DNA of 62,192 nucleotides. Origin: Dehalococcoidia bacterium. Its GTDB lineage: Bacteria; Chloroflexota; Dehalococcoidia; GIF9; AB-539-J10. The notes under the pieces are model-generated. The model worked only from the letters and a program-made list of their open reading frames with translations, did no database searches and was not told where the DNA came from. A program made the translations under genes and the position numbers. The stretch covers positions 1 through 62,192 of the forward strand of contig JAGGYM010000011.1 in NCBI GenBank assembly GCA_021162545.1. The letters run 5' to 3'. Below are positions 10,193-20,920 of this stretch, piece after piece. Position 1 is the stretch's first letter, and each line of letters opens with the position of its first letter.

Positions 10193-10816
10193 TCACCTGG
10201 AATAATATTCGACTATCGCCTGGCTGTTAAGGTTGGAAACAATGGCATCCCTGCCCGGCAGCACCGATACCGTGGCAATCATTTTCTCCTGGTCCAGAGA
10301 CAACCATGCAGGGATATTTGCTTTCTTGGCCTTTTCAATAGCTACCTTATAGCACTCCGTTTTGGCACTGGCTTCTCGCCACTGAACATCATCTCCCTCT
10401 TCCACCAGATATGAAGGTATGTCTACTTTGCGTTTATTGACAACTATATGTCCGTGCCGAACTATCTGCCTTGCCTGAGCGCGAGAGTCAGCAAAGCCAA
10501 CGCGATAGACAACGTTGTCCAGCCGCCTCTCCAACAGCGTCATAAAATTGTCCCCCGTCACGCCGGTCATCTTCCTGGCCCTGGCAAAGAATCCCCGGAA
10601 TTGCTTCTCCATCAGACCGTAGCTGAAGCGCACCTTCTGCTTCTCATGCAGCTGGATGCCACGTTCAGAAATTCTACGGCGAAACCTGGAACGCGGCGCC
10701 TGAGCAGTTTTCCTTTCCAGAGGGCATTTGGGAGTATAGCACTTATCGCCCTTAAGCATCAGCTTCTCATTAAGAGCGCGGCATTTGCGGCAAACTGGCC
10801 CTGTATAACGCGCCAT
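10193..10816 (-). CDS. rpsD: 30S ribosomal protein S4
   Basis: Start trimmed to MARYTGPVCRKCR (ATG 10816), which removes the overlap with rpsK. Confidence 0.95.
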   Translation of the reverse strand: MARYTGPVCRKCRALNEKLMLKGDKCYTPKCPLERKTAQAPRSRFRRRISERGIQLHEKQKVRFSYGLMEKQFRGFFARARKMTGVTGDNFMTLLERRLDNVVYRVGFADSRAQARQIVRHGHIVVNKRKVDIPSYLVEEGDDVQWREASAKTECYKVAIEKAKKANIPAWLSLDQEKMIATVSVLPGRDAIVSNLNSQAIVEYYSR

Positions 10817-10818
10817 GG

Positions 10819-11211
10819 TTATACTCTCCTCTTTCCCCGGGGACGGCAACCGTCGTGAGGAATGGGAGTTACATCTCTAATGCTGCTAACGGTGATTCCC
10901 GCAGCTTGCAGGGCACGGATAGCTGCCTCCCGACCACTGCCTGGTCCTTTTATATAAACTTCAAGCCGGCGCATGCCATCATCCATTGCTCTTTTCGCTG
11001 CGCCCTGGGCTGCCATCTGTGCAGCGTAGGGCGTGCTTTTCCGGGAACCTTTAAATCCCGCAGTGCCTGCGCTACCCCACGCGATAACTCCGCCCTGGAG
11101 ATCGGTTATCGTAATAATGGTATTGTTGAAGGTAGATTGAATAAATGCTTTACCCTCAACTACTCCCTTGCGTACTCTTCTTGTTTTTCTAACTGGCTTC
11201 TTCTTGGGCAT
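10819..11211 (-). CDS. rpsK: 30S ribosomal protein S11
   Basis: 130 aa, ...[13 protein letters not shown].... Confidence 0.95.
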   Translation of the reverse strand: MPKKKPVRKTRRVRKGVVEGKAFIQSTFNNTIITITDLQGGVIAWGSAGTAGFKGSRKSTPYAAQMAAQGAAKRAMDDGMRRLEVYIKGPGSGREAAIRALQAAGITVSSIRDVTPIPHDGCRPRGKRRV

Positions 11212-11228
11212 ATTTAGACGTAAACCTC

Positions 11229-11618
11229 CTACTTCTTAGAGACACCGCGCCTCTGTCCTCTGCCTGCTACCGTCTTCCTGGCACCCTTCTTGGTGCGAGC
11301 ATTGGTGCGCGTCCTCTGCCCATGCACAGGCAAATTCATGCGGTGCCGCAGACCTCGTACACAGCCGATTTCAATAAGGCGTTTTATGTTGGACTGGACC
11401 TCTCTCCTGAGATCGCCTTCCACTTTATACTGTTTGCCGATAACGGACTGAATGCTACTGATCTGCTCATCACCGAGATCTTTAGCTCTGATGATGGGCT
11501 CAACCCCAGCATCAGCCAGAATCTGATAGCTGGATGTTCTTCCAATACCATATATATATTGCAAGGACACCCAGATGGGCTTATCTTTGGGAATATCTAC
11601 TCCGGCAATGCGTGGCAT
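11229..11618 (-). CDS. rpsM: 30S ribosomal protein S13
   Basis: 129 aa, [13 protein letters not shown].... Confidence 0.95.
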   Translation of the reverse strand: MPRIAGVDIPKDKPIWVSLQYIYGIGRTSSYQILADAGVEPIIRAKDLGDEQISSIQSVIGKQYKVEGDLRREVQSNIKRLIEIGCVRGLRHRMNLPVHGQRTRTNARTKKGARKTVAGRGQRRGVSKK

Positions 11619-11624
11619 AGTTCT

Positions 11625-11738
11625 CTATCCCTGCCTTTGCTTGTGTCTGGGGTTCTCACAAATGACCCTGACCACCCCTTTTCGCCTGATGATCTGGCAT
11701 TTCACGCAACGTTTCTTAACTGAAGCTGCTACTTTCAT
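11625..11738 (-). CDS. rpmJ: 50S ribosomal protein L36
   Basis: Below the ORF-track cutoff. Manual translation gives [37 protein letters not shown] (C-x2-C...C..H zinc form), in the canonical position between infA and rpsM. Confidence 0.95.
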   Translation of the reverse strand: MKVAASVKKRCVKCQIIRRKGVVRVICENPRHKQRQG

Positions 11739-11802
11739 TTTTCACCTTAAGCGCACAAAGCATATATAGTAAGCTTCTTTGCTTAATTTGTCAAAGGGGA
11801 AT

Positions 11803-12021
11803 TCACTTCAGACGGTAAGTAACTCTCCCACGGCTCAAATCATAAGGAGAAAGCTCTACCAGAACTCTGTCCCCGGGCAAAATTTTGATGTAGTGCTTTC
11901 TCATTTTGCCAGAGATGTGCGCCAGCACCATGTGACTGTTGCTCAATTCAACGCGAAACATGGTATTGGGGAGACACATTACCACCTTGCCTTCAACCTC
12001 TATTCTTTCTTTCTTCGCCAT
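11803..12021 (-). CDS. infA: translation initiation factor IF-1
   Basis: 72 aa, [14 protein letters not shown]...MFRVEL.... Confidence 0.95.
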   Translation of the reverse strand: MAKKERIEVEGKVVMCLPNTMFRVELSNSHMVLAHISGKMRKHYIKILPGDRVLVELSPYDLSRGRVTYRLK

Positions 12022-12036
12022 GCCTTGCTGCCTGCA

Positions 12037-12774
12037 TTAAGCGAGTACTTCTGCCTCACCATCTGTGATGACAATATCGTGCTCGAAATGCGCCGAACTA
12101 CTTCCGTCCTCCGTGAGGACTGTCCAATTGTTGGGAGCCACTCTGGTGCGCCAGCCACCTACGTTGACCATGGGCTCAATGGCTATGGTCATTCCCTTGC
12201 GGAGCCGTGGACCCTTGCCAAAATAGAAATTGGGCACCTGTGGTTCCTCATGCAAATTCCTGCCTATGCCATGCCCCGTGTATTCCCTGACGACGGAAAA
12301 GCCCCTCGATTCGACGTAGTCCTGGATAGCACACGAGATATCCCCAACGTAAGCGCCACTTTTGGCCTGAGCGATGCCCTCTTTCAGGCTGCGCTCGGTA
12401 ACTTCTATTAGCTCTTTGTTCTGCTTGCTTATTTCTCCTATGCCCACGGTTATGGCAGCATCCGAGTGAAAACCTTTAAACTTCACTCCCATGTCCAGAG
12501 AGACGATATCTCCATTCTGGAGAACTCTTTCCCCCGGAATGCCGTGGACGATCTCGTCATTTACCGAAATGCACAGATTGGCGGGAAACCCCTGGTAATT
12601 TTTGAAAGACATTATGACGCCTCTCTTTTTTGCTTCACGGGCAGCAAGAGCATCCAGCTGATGGGTTTTAACTCCTGCCTTTACTTCTTCTCTCACTTTT
12701 TCCATGATAGCGGCCCATATCCTGCCACACTGGCGCATGACCTCCACTTCTTCGATGGACTTAATAGTTATCAT
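12037..12774 (-). CDS. map: type I methionine aminopeptidase
   Basis: 245 aa with metal-ligand context (DIVSLDMG, HGIG, EPMV) and the conserved position after adk. Confidence 0.92.
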   Translation of the reverse strand: MITIKSIEEVEVMRQCGRIWAAIMEKVREEVKAGVKTHQLDALAAREAKKRGVIMSFKNYQGFPANLCISVNDEIVHGIPGERVLQNGDIVSLDMGVKFKGFHSDAAITVGIGEISKQNKELIEVTERSLKEGIAQAKSGAYVGDISCAIQDYVESRGFSVVREYTGHGIGRNLHEEPQVPNFYFGKGPRLRKGMTIAIEPMVNVGGWRTRVAPNNWTVLTEDGSSSAHFEHDIVITDGEAEVLA

Positions 12775-12933
12775 TTATCTTCCGCTGTTTCTTCAGGTCA
12801 GAAAAACCCCTCTGACCAGACTTGCCTCGCGCCCGGTGGCAGGCCAAACAAAACAGTCTGCCCCCGGCTTCAACGAGCCAGCCCGAATTAAATCTTACCG
12901 GCAAATTCGCTATTTCTCGCCCCTTTTGGAGTT

Positions 12934-13584
12934 CTACTTCTCTTCTGCCAGAGCGGAGAGCACGTCCCTGGTTACTTCTTGGATATCTTTGTCACCATCG
13001 ACCTCAACGAGCTTCCCCTGTTCCCTGTAAAAATCAATTATGGGCGACGTTTGCTCGAAGAAAACTCTCAATCTCTCTCTTATTGTCTCTTCTACATCAT
13101 CAGCCCGCTGGTACAGTTCACCTCCACACCTGTCACATTTCCCCTTTACTTTAGGGGGTGAAGCAATGATATGATACGTCGCCTGGCACTTTCGGCATAT
13201 CCAGCGCCCCCCAAGTCTTTTTACCAGCACTTCGCTGGGGACATGGATATATATTGCCCTGTCCACGTTTCTCCCTTGAACGGCAAAAGCTTCGTCCAGC
13301 GCTTCCGCCTGCCCCAGAGTACGGGGAAACCCATCCAGAAGACACCCTGAATCGCAATCAGGAGCAGCAATCCTTTCCAGTATCATTTTTATAGTTACCT
13401 CATCAGGAACCAGCCCTCCCTTCTGCATATAAGCTTTAGCTAAAAGCCCCAGTTCAGTTTGTTTCTCCAGATTCTGACGGAACAAGTCTCCTGAGGCAAT
13501 ATGAGGAAAACCCAGTTCCTCGGACAGCAGGTCTGCCTGCGTTCCCTTCCCCGCTCCCGGGGCTCCCAACATAACAAAATACAT
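12934..13584 (-). CDS. adk: adenylate kinase (Zn-lid form)
   Basis: P-loop GAPGAGKGTQ and lid CRKC...CDRCG. Start placed at ATG 13584 (AGGAGG 9 nt upstream). The track's 13593 start abuts the SD. Confidence 0.92.
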   Translation of the reverse strand: MYFVMLGAPGAGKGTQADLLSEELGFPHIASGDLFRQNLEKQTELGLLAKAYMQKGGLVPDEVTIKMILERIAAPDCDSGCLLDGFPRTLGQAEALDEAFAVQGRNVDRAIYIHVPSEVLVKRLGGRWICRKCQATYHIIASPPKVKGKCDRCGGELYQRADDVEETIRERLRVFFEQTSPIIDFYREQGKLVEVDGDKDIQEVTRDVLSALAEEK

Positions 13585-13602
13585 ATTCACCATCCTCCTT
13601 TC

Positions 13603-14925
13603 TCATTTCAGAAAGCCGTCATAGCGACGCATGGTCAGCTGCGACTCCAGCTGCTTCATGGTATCCAGCGCAACTCCTACAGCAATAAGTAGCGCGGTGC
13701 TGGAAAGAGTCAATGCATGAACACCCGTCATTTCTTTGGCCAGGAAGGGCATCACTGCCACTATTCCCAGGAAGAGTGCTCCTCCAAGGGTAAGGTTCTT
13801 GGTGGTTCTATTGAGATAGTCAGCAGTCGTTTTCCCTGGCCGAATTCCAGGAATGAAGCCTCCCTGTTGCTGCAAACTCTGGGGCAGGTTCATCTGCTCA
13901 AAGATAATCATCGTGTAGAAATAAGTGAAGGCAATTACCAGCAGGAAATATGGTATCCAGTAGGCAAGCGCCAGAGGGAGACTGTTTCCAGAATTGAAAG
14001 TAGTGTAGATGGAATTCCAGAAGTTCGGATCCACTCCTACAGGATTCATGAACCAGGTCGCTATCGTTGCCGGGAACTGCATCAGGGCTATAGCGAAAAT
14101 AAGAGGAATCATTCCCGCTGTGTTTACCCGCAGTGGTATGTAAGTTGACCCCGATTGGCGATACATGCGACCACTGCGGAAGGTGCTTTTGGCATATTGC
14201 ACAGGAATGCGTCGTTGGGCTTCTGTGAACAGTACTATCAGTACCAGCGTTGCCAGCCCCAGAATGACGAAGACGACCAGCCCCAGGGGACTCTCCTTGG
14301 CAACGAAAGCGCTCCCCAGCATGCTGGGCATGCCTGCTATAATGCCTCCGAAAATTATTATCGAGATGCCGTTCCCCACTCCACGCTCGGTGATCAGTTC
14401 TCCCAACCAGACAAGGAAGATGGTTGCAGCAACCATCGATAGCACCATGGAGGTGATAGTCAACCCTCCCATGTGAGTAATAATGGGGGGGCTTTGGGCT
14501 CCCAGCAGGGTTATCATGCTGTATCCCTGAATAGCTGCCAGAGGAATTGTAATTAAGTGTGTGATTCTGTTGATTTTGTGACGGCCATCTTCTCCCTGCT
14601 GTGACAGAGATTGCAGCGATGGGATGACAGGAACCAGCAATTGCATGATAATGGAAGCGGTAATATACGGGTAAACGCCCATAGCAGCCACGCTGAAGCG
14701 TTTCATGGCTCCGCCGGCGAAGAGATCCAGCATACCATAGAGCTGGCTTTGATCGAAAAGCTGCTCCATAGCATGAATATCTACACCGGGCAGAGGAACA
14801 TGAGCCAGAAAACGGAAAACTACTAAAATGCCAAGGGTAAAGAGGACCTTCTGCCTCAAATCCGGCAGGGTAAATATATCCACCACTGCTTGAAAGAGCC
14901 GTGGCTGTTTTTCTCTGCGTTGCAT
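13603..14925 (-). CDS. secY: preprotein translocase subunit SecY
   Basis: 440 aa polytopic membrane protein in the conserved position between rplO and adk. Confidence 0.95.
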   Translation of the reverse strand: MQRREKQPRLFQAVVDIFTLPDLRQKVLFTLGILVVFRFLAHVPLPGVDIHAMEQLFDQSQLYGMLDLFAGGAMKRFSVAAMGVYPYITASIIMQLLVPVIPSLQSLSQQGEDGRHKINRITHLITIPLAAIQGYSMITLLGAQSPPIITHMGGLTITSMVLSMVAATIFLVWLGELITERGVGNGISIIIFGGIIAGMPSMLGSAFVAKESPLGLVVFVILGLATLVLIVLFTEAQRRIPVQYAKSTFRSGRMYRQSGSTYIPLRVNTAGMIPLIFAIALMQFPATIATWFMNPVGVDPNFWNSIYTTFNSGNSLPLALAYWIPYFLLVIAFTYFYTMIIFEQMNLPQSLQQQGGFIPGIRPGKTTADYLNRTTKNLTLGGALFLGIVAVMPFLAKEMTGVHALTLSSTALLIAVGVALDTMKQLESQLTMRRYDGFLK

Positions 14926-14926
14926 A

Positions 14927-15373
14927 CTACAGAATCTTCTGCACCTTGCCTCCAGCAGCGATAATTTTCCCCTCTGCGGTGGCTGATATCTTGTTGACTC
15001 TGACTGTCAGTGGATGATGAATATCACCTGAGCCAAGGATTTTAACCGGTAGAGATGCAGATTTAATCAATCTCGCCTGAAGCAACGCCTGGGGAGTTAC
15101 CTCGCTTCCTGGTGAAAAAACGCCCAGGTCCCCTACGTTAACAACGTTACATTTTACTCTAAATATGTTGGTGAATCCTCTCTTGCTTGGCAATCTCTTT
15201 ATCAGGGACAGCTGTCCTCCTTCAAAACCGGAGCGAACTCCACCGCCAGAGCGCGACTTTTGCCCTTTGCATCCTCTTCCTGAATAACTGCCTTGCCCAC
15301 TGCTATCGCCTCGTCCCACTCGTTTTCTCTTGTGCTTTGCCCCTGCAGGAGAATTCAACTCATTCTGTTTCAT
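14927..15373 (-). CDS. rplO: 50S ribosomal protein L15
   Basis: 148 aa with a G/R-rich N-terminus ([18 protein letters not shown]). Confidence 0.95.
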   Translation of the reverse strand: MKQNELNSPAGAKHKRKRVGRGDSSGQGSYSGRGCKGQKSRSGGGVRSGFEGGQLSLIKRLPSKRGFTNIFRVKCNVVNVGDLGVFSPGSEVTPQALLQARLIKSASLPVKILGSGDIHHPLTVRVNKISATAEGKIIAAGGKVQKIL

Positions 15374-15902
15374 TTGTTCTGCTTCCCTGTGGTTCTGTTT
15401 CTGCTTCTGTTTCCTGTTTCTCTGTTTCCCTTAAATTGGTTAAGCCCAGTATGGTACACTTCACCACGTTAACCCGGTTCGAGCTGCCCAGCGACTTGCT
15501 AAGTATATCCCTTACTCCAGCCAACTCCAGAACTGCACGAACTGTGTTGCTGGCGATCAGACCAGTGCCGGGGGCAGCTGGCTTTAACAGGACTTTCGAC
15601 GCCCCGAACTTGGCCAGAATTTCATGGGGGATGGTGCCTTTTGTAACAGGCACTTCAATCAATCTTTTCTTAGCTATGGCACTTGCTTTGCGCGTAGCGT
15701 CAGGAACTCCTCCTGCTTTAGCTAAAGCGAACCCCACGTGGCCATTGCTATCGCCAACTACCATTAGAGCCCTGAATCTAAGGTGCTTGCCACCTTTGAC
15801 TACTTTGGTTACCCTGTCAAGGGATACCAACTTCTCTTCCAACTCGATCTCGGCGCTATCGAGCCTGGCTTTTCTATCCTGCATCTTGGTGACTGCTTTC
15901 AT
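15360..15902 (-). CDS. rpsE: 30S ribosomal protein S5 (acidic C-terminal tail)
   Basis: 180 aa with [21 protein letters not shown]. It overlaps rplO by 14 nt, and no rpmD lies between them. Confidence 0.95.
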   Translation of the reverse strand: MKAVTKMQDRKARLDSAEIELEEKLVSLDRVTKVVKGGKHLRFRALMVVGDSNGHVGFALAKAGGVPDATRKASAIAKKRLIEVPVTKGTIPHEILAKFGASKVLLKPAAPGTGLIASNTVRAVLELAGVRDILSKSLGSSNRVNVVKCTILGLTNLRETEKQETEAETEPQGSRTNETE

Positions 15903-16264
15903 AACTCTAACCCCTCTTTCCTAGCAGCATCAGCTAAGGCCTTAACCCTGCCATGATACTTGTACCCACCACGGTCGAAGACAACCTGTTTTATTCCCTT
16001 CTGCAGGGCTTCCCGAGCGAGAGATGCTCCCACTACTTTTGCCTTCTGCGTTTTCGACATTTTCTCGACTTTACTTTTCACTTCGCCCTCGAGAGTACTC
16101 GCAGAAACCAGGGTTTCCCCCTTGTTATCGTCGATGATTTGAGCGTAGATATGGTTCAGACTCCGAAATACGCCCAACCGGGGTCGCAATTCACTACCGA
16201 CGATTTTATTTCTAACTCGCCGATGGCGCACCTGCCGCATTAACCTTGCATTCGTTTTTGCCAT
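15899..16264 (-). CDS. rplR: 50S ribosomal protein L18
   Basis: 121 aa, ...[20 protein letters not shown].... Confidence 0.95.
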   Translation of the reverse strand: MAKTNARLMRQVRHRRVRNKIVGSELRPRLGVFRSLNHIYAQIIDDNKGETLVSASTLEGEVKSKVEKMSKTQKAKVVGASLAREALQKGIKQVVFDRGGYKYHGRVKALADAARKEGLEL

Positions 16265-16280
16265 TTTTTATTACTACAAA

Positions 16281-16832
16281 CTACTTCCTGCCCAGCGTCT
16301 TAGCTGATTTGCCTGGCTTGAGATGAAGCTTCTCCTCTCTGTATTTAATGCCCTTTCCCTTATAGTGATCCGGGGGACGTATGGCCCGAATCCTCGCGGC
16401 CGTCTCCCCAACAATTTCCTTGTCGATGCCAGTAACATGGATAATGTTCGTGCCCTCAACGCTTACCTCTACCCCCTGGGGAGGAGAAAACTCTATCATG
16501 TTGGAATATCCTATCTGAAATGATAATTTATCTCCGACCTTCTGTGTCCTGTACCCTACCCCATTTATCTCCAGAATTCTCTCAAATCCTTTGCTCACAC
16601 CCTCAACCATATTAGCCAGGAGGCTTCTGGTAAGTCCATGTAGTTCGCGGTGCATTCTCTTATCGCTGGGTCGCGTCACGAGCAATTTCTCATCTTCCCG
16701 GGTTACGGAGATATCAGGATGGAAACAACGCGCAAGCTTACCCTTGCTTCCTTCTACTGTAATTTCACTTCCCTCTATCTTTACCTTGACGTCCTGTGGT
16801 ATTGAGATAGGAAGAGAACCAATGTGCGACAT
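16281..16832 (-). CDS. rplF: 50S ribosomal protein L6
   Basis: 183 aa, MSHIGSLPISIPQDVKV.... Confidence 0.95.
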   Translation of the reverse strand: MSHIGSLPISIPQDVKVKIEGSEITVEGSKGKLARCFHPDISVTREDEKLLVTRPSDKRMHRELHGLTRSLLANMVEGVSKGFERILEINGVGYRTQKVGDKLSFQIGYSNMIEFSPPQGVEVSVEGTNIIHVTGIDKEIVGETAARIRAIRPPDHYKGKGIKYREEKLHLKPGKSAKTLGRK

Positions 16833-16862
16833 AATTTACTCCGATCGTAATCCTCTATGAAT

Positions 16863-17255
16863 TTACCATATGCGGCATAAAAACTCGCCACCAAGATGCT
16901 TTTTCCACGATTCCCTCCCCGTCATAACACCTCTGGAGGTGGAGATGATGGCAATCCCCAACCCACCATAGACGCGAGAAATTTCACGCCTTTCAACATA
17001 AACCCTTAAACCAGGCTTGCTGACCCTCTCTAAGCCCAGTATCGCTGGTCGCTTGTCGATATATTTGAGGTGAATTTTCATCATCGGTTGCGGTTTTTTG
17101 TCCAGCACCTCAAACCCCTCAATGAATCCTTCTTGCTTCAGTATTCCGGCAAGGGACAACTTCATCTTGGAGACGGGCACAAGCACTTCATCATGCTTTG
17201 CCATGACGGCATTCCGTATCCGAGTTAACATATCTGCAATGGGGTCAGTAACCAT
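16863..17255 (-). CDS. rpsH: 30S ribosomal protein S8
   Basis: 130 aa, [16 protein letters not shown].... Confidence 0.95.
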   Translation of the reverse strand: MVTDPIADMLTRIRNAVMAKHDEVLVPVSKMKLSLAGILKQEGFIEGFEVLDKKPQPMMKIHLKYIDKRPAILGLERVSKPGLRVYVERREISRVYGGLGIAIISTSRGVMTGRESWKKHLGGEFLCRIW

Positions 17256-17264
17256 AAATACTCC

Positions 17265-17450
17265 TCACCAACTAGATTTTCTTACTCCAGGAATTACACC
17301 AGTTAGAGCAAGCTCGCGAAAGCAAATGCGGCACAGGCCGAATTTACGCATATACGCACGGGGCCGACCACATACCTGGCAGCGATTGTATTGACGCACC
17401 TTATATTTTGAAGTGCGTCTGGATTTGATAATCAAGCATTTCTTCGCCAT
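17265..17450 (-). CDS. rpsN: 30S ribosomal protein S14, type Z (zinc form)
   Basis: 61 aa with CQVCGRP...CRIC (two CxxC pairs). Confidence 0.95.
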   Translation of the reverse strand: MAKKCLIIKSRRTSKYKVRQYNRCQVCGRPRAYMRKFGLCRICFRELALTGVIPGVRKSSW

Positions 17451-17451
17451 C

Positions 17452-17997
17452 TTACTCTCTCCTGAGCGGCATGCCCATAAATTCCAGCAAGCTCTTAGCT
17501 TCGTCTCGATTCTTTGTTGAGGTAACTATAGTTACCTCAAGACCCCGTATCTTATCGACTTTATCATAGTCGATTTCGGGGAAGGCTATTTGCTCTTTCA
17601 TGCCTATATTATAGTTTCCCTGGGAATCAAACGCGTCGGGAGATAAGCCGCGAAAGTCACGAAAACGAGGAAAGACGATGCTGATCAACTTATCGAGAAA
17701 TTCGTACATCCGCCTGCCCCGCAACGTCACCATCATTCCAACAGGCATGCCTTCCCGCACTTTGAACGCAGCGATCGATCTTTTGGCCCTGGTGATTACC
17801 GGGCGTTGTCCCGATACTGTAGCCAGGTCTCTTTCCGCTGCTTCCAGAGCTTTGGAATTCTGCGTCGCCTCGCCCAGACCTATACTGAGAACTATCTTCT
17901 CTACACGGGGCAGTTGCATCACGTTAGCATAGCCCAGCTTTTCCTTGAGCTGAGGGACTACCTCCTGGGAATATCTTTCTTTAAGTCTGCAATTCAT
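17452..17997 (-). CDS. rplE: 50S ribosomal protein L5
   Basis: Start trimmed to MNCRLKERY (ATG 17997, GAAGGA upstream). The track's longest ORF extends to 18015. Confidence 0.93.
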   Translation of the reverse strand: MNCRLKERYSQEVVPQLKEKLGYANVMQLPRVEKIVLSIGLGEATQNSKALEAAERDLATVSGQRPVITRAKRSIAAFKVREGMPVGMMVTLRGRRMYEFLDKLISIVFPRFRDFRGLSPDAFDSQGNYNIGMKEQIAFPEIDYDKVDKIRGLEVTIVTSTKNRDEAKSLLEFMGMPLRRE

Positions 17998-18035
17998 GGA
18001 ATATCCTTCGTGCATGTCCTCTCACCAAGGCATGC

Positions 18036-18347
18036 TCAATCAATTACCTCACCACAGGAAGTACAAGTTCTTACCTTTTTGCCTTCCTCGAGAAAGAGGA
18101 AACCTACTCTGGTGGGTTTGCCACATTTGTTACACACCAACTTTACCTTGGCAGTGCATATTGGGGCTTCAAGTTCAATGATGCCTGCCTGCCGTGCCGC
18201 TCTACGCGCTCGAGAGTGACGTTTGATCATATTAAGCCCTTCCACTACGACTTCATTCTCCCCGGGAAGGGCACGCCGTACTTTTCCCTTCCTGCCTTTG
18301 TCCTTGCCGGAGAGGATAATAACTGTGTCATTTTTTCTGATTTTCAC
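18036..18347 (-). CDS. rplX: 50S ribosomal protein L24 (with CxxC...CxxC motif)
   Basis: 103 aa with the KOW region SGKDKGRKGKV. The C-terminal half carries CNKC and CTSC. Confidence 0.95.
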   Translation of the reverse strand: MKIRKNDTVIILSGKDKGRKGKVRRALPGENEVVVEGLNMIKRHSRARRAARQAGIIELEAPICTAKVKLVCNKCGKPTRVGFLFLEEGKKVRTCTSCGEVID

Positions 18348-18348
18348 T

Positions 18349-18717
18349 TTAGAGTACCTCCGGCGCCAGGGAGATTATCTTCGTGAAGTTCTTATCCCGC
18401 AACTCACGAGCCACCGGACCAAAAACACGGCTTCCCTTAGGATTGTTCTTTTCTCCCAGAATTACGGCGGCATTCTCATCAAACTTTATGTAAGAACCAT
18501 CAAAACGGCGGTAAGGCTTGGCCACGCGTACGACCACCGCCTTAACGATCTCCCCTTCCTTGACCATTCCATGCGGCATGGCTTTCTTCACCGTGGCAGT
18601 GAAAACATCTCCAACGTGGGCATACTTCCTTCCCGTCCCACCCAGTATTCCAATGCAGAGGATTTGCTTGGCTCCGCTGTTATCTGCTACTTTGAGTCTC
18701 GTTTCTTTCTGAATCAT
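18349..18717 (-). CDS. rplN: 50S ribosomal protein L14
   Basis: 122 aa, [17 protein letters not shown].... Confidence 0.95.
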   Translation of the reverse strand: MIQKETRLKVADNSGAKQILCIGILGGTGRKYAHVGDVFTATVKKAMPHGMVKEGEIVKAVVVRVAKPYRRFDGSYIKFDENAAVILGEKNNPKGSRVFGPVARELRDKNFTKIISLAPEVL

Positions 18718-18736
18718 TTTCCGATATAGCCAGAAT

Positions 18737-19027
18737 TCAGGAATTGCTGACCACTGCCTCCGTTGCTACCTCTTTTTTCGCTTCTCCTTTGGTTATGATG
18801 TCCGTTACCCTCCACCTTTTTTCCTTAGATAGAGGACGGGTTTCCGTCATTTCCACTTTGTCACCAACCTGACAGACATTTTCCTGGTCATGCGCCTTGT
18901 ACTTTTTCTGCCTGCGCATTCTCTTTTTGTATAACGGGTGGACCTTAAAGGTCTCTACCGATACTACTACTGTCTGGTTCATGCGGTTGCTCACCACCTG
19001 CCCAATTCTAATCTTTCGCTTCGCCAT
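18737..19027 (-). CDS. rpsQ: 30S ribosomal protein S17
   Basis: 96 aa, ...[17 protein letters not shown].... Confidence 0.95.
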   Translation of the reverse strand: MAKRKIRIGQVVSNRMNQTVVVSVETFKVHPLYKKRMRRQKKYKAHDQENVCQVGDKVEMTETRPLSKEKRWRVTDIITKGEAKKEVATEAVVSNS

Positions 19028-19032
19028 ATTTT

Positions 19033-19230
19033 TTATCTTATCTCCAAATCTCTTTCGCGCAAAATGGTCTTCATTCTGGCAATTTTTTTCTTTACCTTGG
19101 GAATTTCGCGATGATTTACCAGTTGCCTGGTAGCAAGACGGAAACGAAGATTAAAGAGCTCTTCGTAAGCATCATCCAGCTTGGTATGCATCTCCTCATC
19201 GCTGATGGCCCGCACTTCATCAATTTTCAT
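19033..19230 (-). CDS. rpmC: 50S ribosomal protein L29
   Basis: Start trimmed to [14 protein letters not shown] (ATG 19230). Confidence 0.92.
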   Translation of the reverse strand: MKIDEVRAISDEEMHTKLDDAYEELFNLRFRLATRQLVNHREIPKVKKKIARMKTILRERDLEIR

Positions 19231-19645
19231 CTGCCTGCACCTCTTTAACAACAAAACTTGTGGCTATAGGCAACTTATAAGAAGCAAGTCGGGCTGCCTT
19301 ACGAGCTGACGCTTCTTCTATTCCCGCCAATTCAAACATTACTCTACCCCGCTTGACGACAGCTACCCAATGGTCGGGGGCACCTTTGCCTCCTCCCATC
19401 CTTGTTTCAGCAGGGCTCTTCGTCACGCTCTTGTCAGGAAAGATGCGAATCCACATTTTCCCACCGCGCCGCAGATAGCGCACAAAAACACGCCGGGTAG
19501 CCTCAATCTGCCTGGCCGTAATCCAGGAAGATTCTTCCGCCTTAAGCCCGAAGTCTCCGAAGGCAACACGAGCCCCCCTTAAACTCCTCCCCTTTAACCG
19601 CCCTCTATGAACCTTGCGGTACTTCACCCGTTTCGGTTGTAACAC
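19220..19645 (-). CDS. rplP: 50S ribosomal protein L16
   Basis: 141 aa, [16 protein letters not shown].... Confidence 0.95.
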   Translation of the reverse strand: MLQPKRVKYRKVHRGRLKGRSLRGARVAFGDFGLKAEESSWITARQIEATRRVFVRYLRRGGKMWIRIFPDKSVTKSPAETRMGGGKGAPDHWVAVVKRGRVMFELAGIEEASARKAARLASYKLPIATSFVVKEVQADEN

Positions 19646-20285
19646 TTACCTCACTCCTTTCAAGAACGACATCACCTTTGTAAATCCATACCTTAACGCC
19701 GATATGTCCCATCGCAGTTTGGGCTTCGGCGAATCCATAATCGATGTCGGCGCGCAACGTATGCAAAGGCATACGGTTTTGGCGGACGATTTCAGCACGG
19801 GCAATCTCTCTGCCCGCAAGCCTCCCACTACAACGCACCTTTATTCCTTTAGCTCCTGCCTCCAGCGTTCTGTAAACAGCCTGCCTCATTACCCTGCGAT
19901 AGGGAATTCCATCTCGGATCCGCGTGGCGATATTCTGAGCCACAAGGCAGGACTGGAGTTGAGGAGTCTCGACTTCCCTTATAGTTAGCCTGACTTTCTC
20001 CTCGCTGGTTTTTTCCAGTTGCGTTTTCAGGCGTTCTACATTTTGCCCCCCTCGACCAATTAGAATGCCGGGGCGAGCTGCAAAGATAGTTATATATGTT
20101 CCATCTCCGGGTCTTTCTATCTCTACCCTGGCTACGCCTGCTTCGCTACAGTTCGCCTTAATAGCGCGACGCACTCTCAAATCATTTTGTAGCAACCGAG
20201 CATAATCTTTCTCAGCATACCATTTCGCATACCATCCACGAAAGATTCCTAACCTGAAACCATGAGGGTGAACTTTCTGTCCCAA
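19605..20285 (-). CDS. rpsC: 30S ribosomal protein S3
   Basis: 226 aa, [13 protein letters not shown].... Its 3' end overlaps rplP by 41 nt. Confidence 0.95.
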   Translation of the reverse strand: MGQKVHPHGFRLGIFRGWYAKWYAEKDYARLLQNDLRVRRAIKANCSEAGVARVEIERPGDGTYITIFAARPGILIGRGGQNVERLKTQLEKTSEEKVRLTIREVETPQLQSCLVAQNIATRIRDGIPYRRVMRQAVYRTLEAGAKGIKVRCSGRLAGREIARAEIVRQNRMPLHTLRADIDYGFAEAQTAMGHIGVKVWIYKGDVVLERSEVSVTTETGEVPQGS

Positions 20286-20287
20286 AG

Positions 20288-20626
20288 TTACTTTTCCTCC
20301 TCATCAACAAAGACTGTAATGCAACTGGACCTCTTCAAGATAGGACTCACGCGCCCCCTCGACTGGGGGCGATGTCTCTTCAGCGTGTGCCCCTTATCGG
20401 CAAAGATAGCGACGATCTTGAGATCATCAAGGGACATCTGAAAATTATTTTCAGCATTAGATGCTGCCGACTTAATTAGTTTAGCCACTGCTTTAGCTGT
20501 TGGCGTGGGGACGAAGTTAAGGATATCCAGCGCATCACCTACCTTCTTGTTTCTGACCATGTCCACTACCAGACGAACTTTCATCGGGGAAATCCCCACA
20601 TCTTTAGCTACTGCTTTTACCTTCAT
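20288..20626 (-). CDS. rplV: 50S ribosomal protein L22
   Basis: 112 aa in the conserved position between rpsS and rpsC. Confidence 0.95.
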   Translation of the reverse strand: MKVKAVAKDVGISPMKVRLVVDMVRNKKVGDALDILNFVPTPTAKAVAKLIKSAASNAENNFQMSLDDLKIVAIFADKGHTLKRHRPQSRGRVSPILKRSSCITVFVDEEEK

Positions 20627-20631
20627 TTATC

Positions 20632-20919
20632 TTAGCCCCTCTTCTGAGCGGATATCTGAGCCTTGGTGATATGCCCCCTGAAAGTTCTCGTCGGAGCAAA
20701 TTCCGCCAGTTTATGCCCCACCATATTCTCCGTGATAAAGGCGGGAATGTGCTTTCTACCGTTGTGTACTGCTATAGTGTGCCCGATCATCTGCGGCAGA
20801 ACAGTGGACGAGCGCGCCCACGTTTTTATCACCATCTTCTCACCTGACTGATTAAGCTGCTCTATCTTCTTGAGCAATTTAGCATCACAGTAAGGACCTT
20901 TCTTAGTTGATCGAGACAC
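20632..20919 (-). CDS. rpsS: 30S ribosomal protein S19
   Basis: 95 aa, [10 protein letters not shown]...[23 protein letters not shown]-like. Confidence 0.95.
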   Translation of the reverse strand: MSRSTKKGPYCDAKLLKKIEQLNQSGEKMVIKTWARSSTVLPQMIGHTIAVHNGRKHIPAFITENMVGHKLAEFAPTRTFRGHITKAQISAQKRG

Positions 20920-20920
20920 T

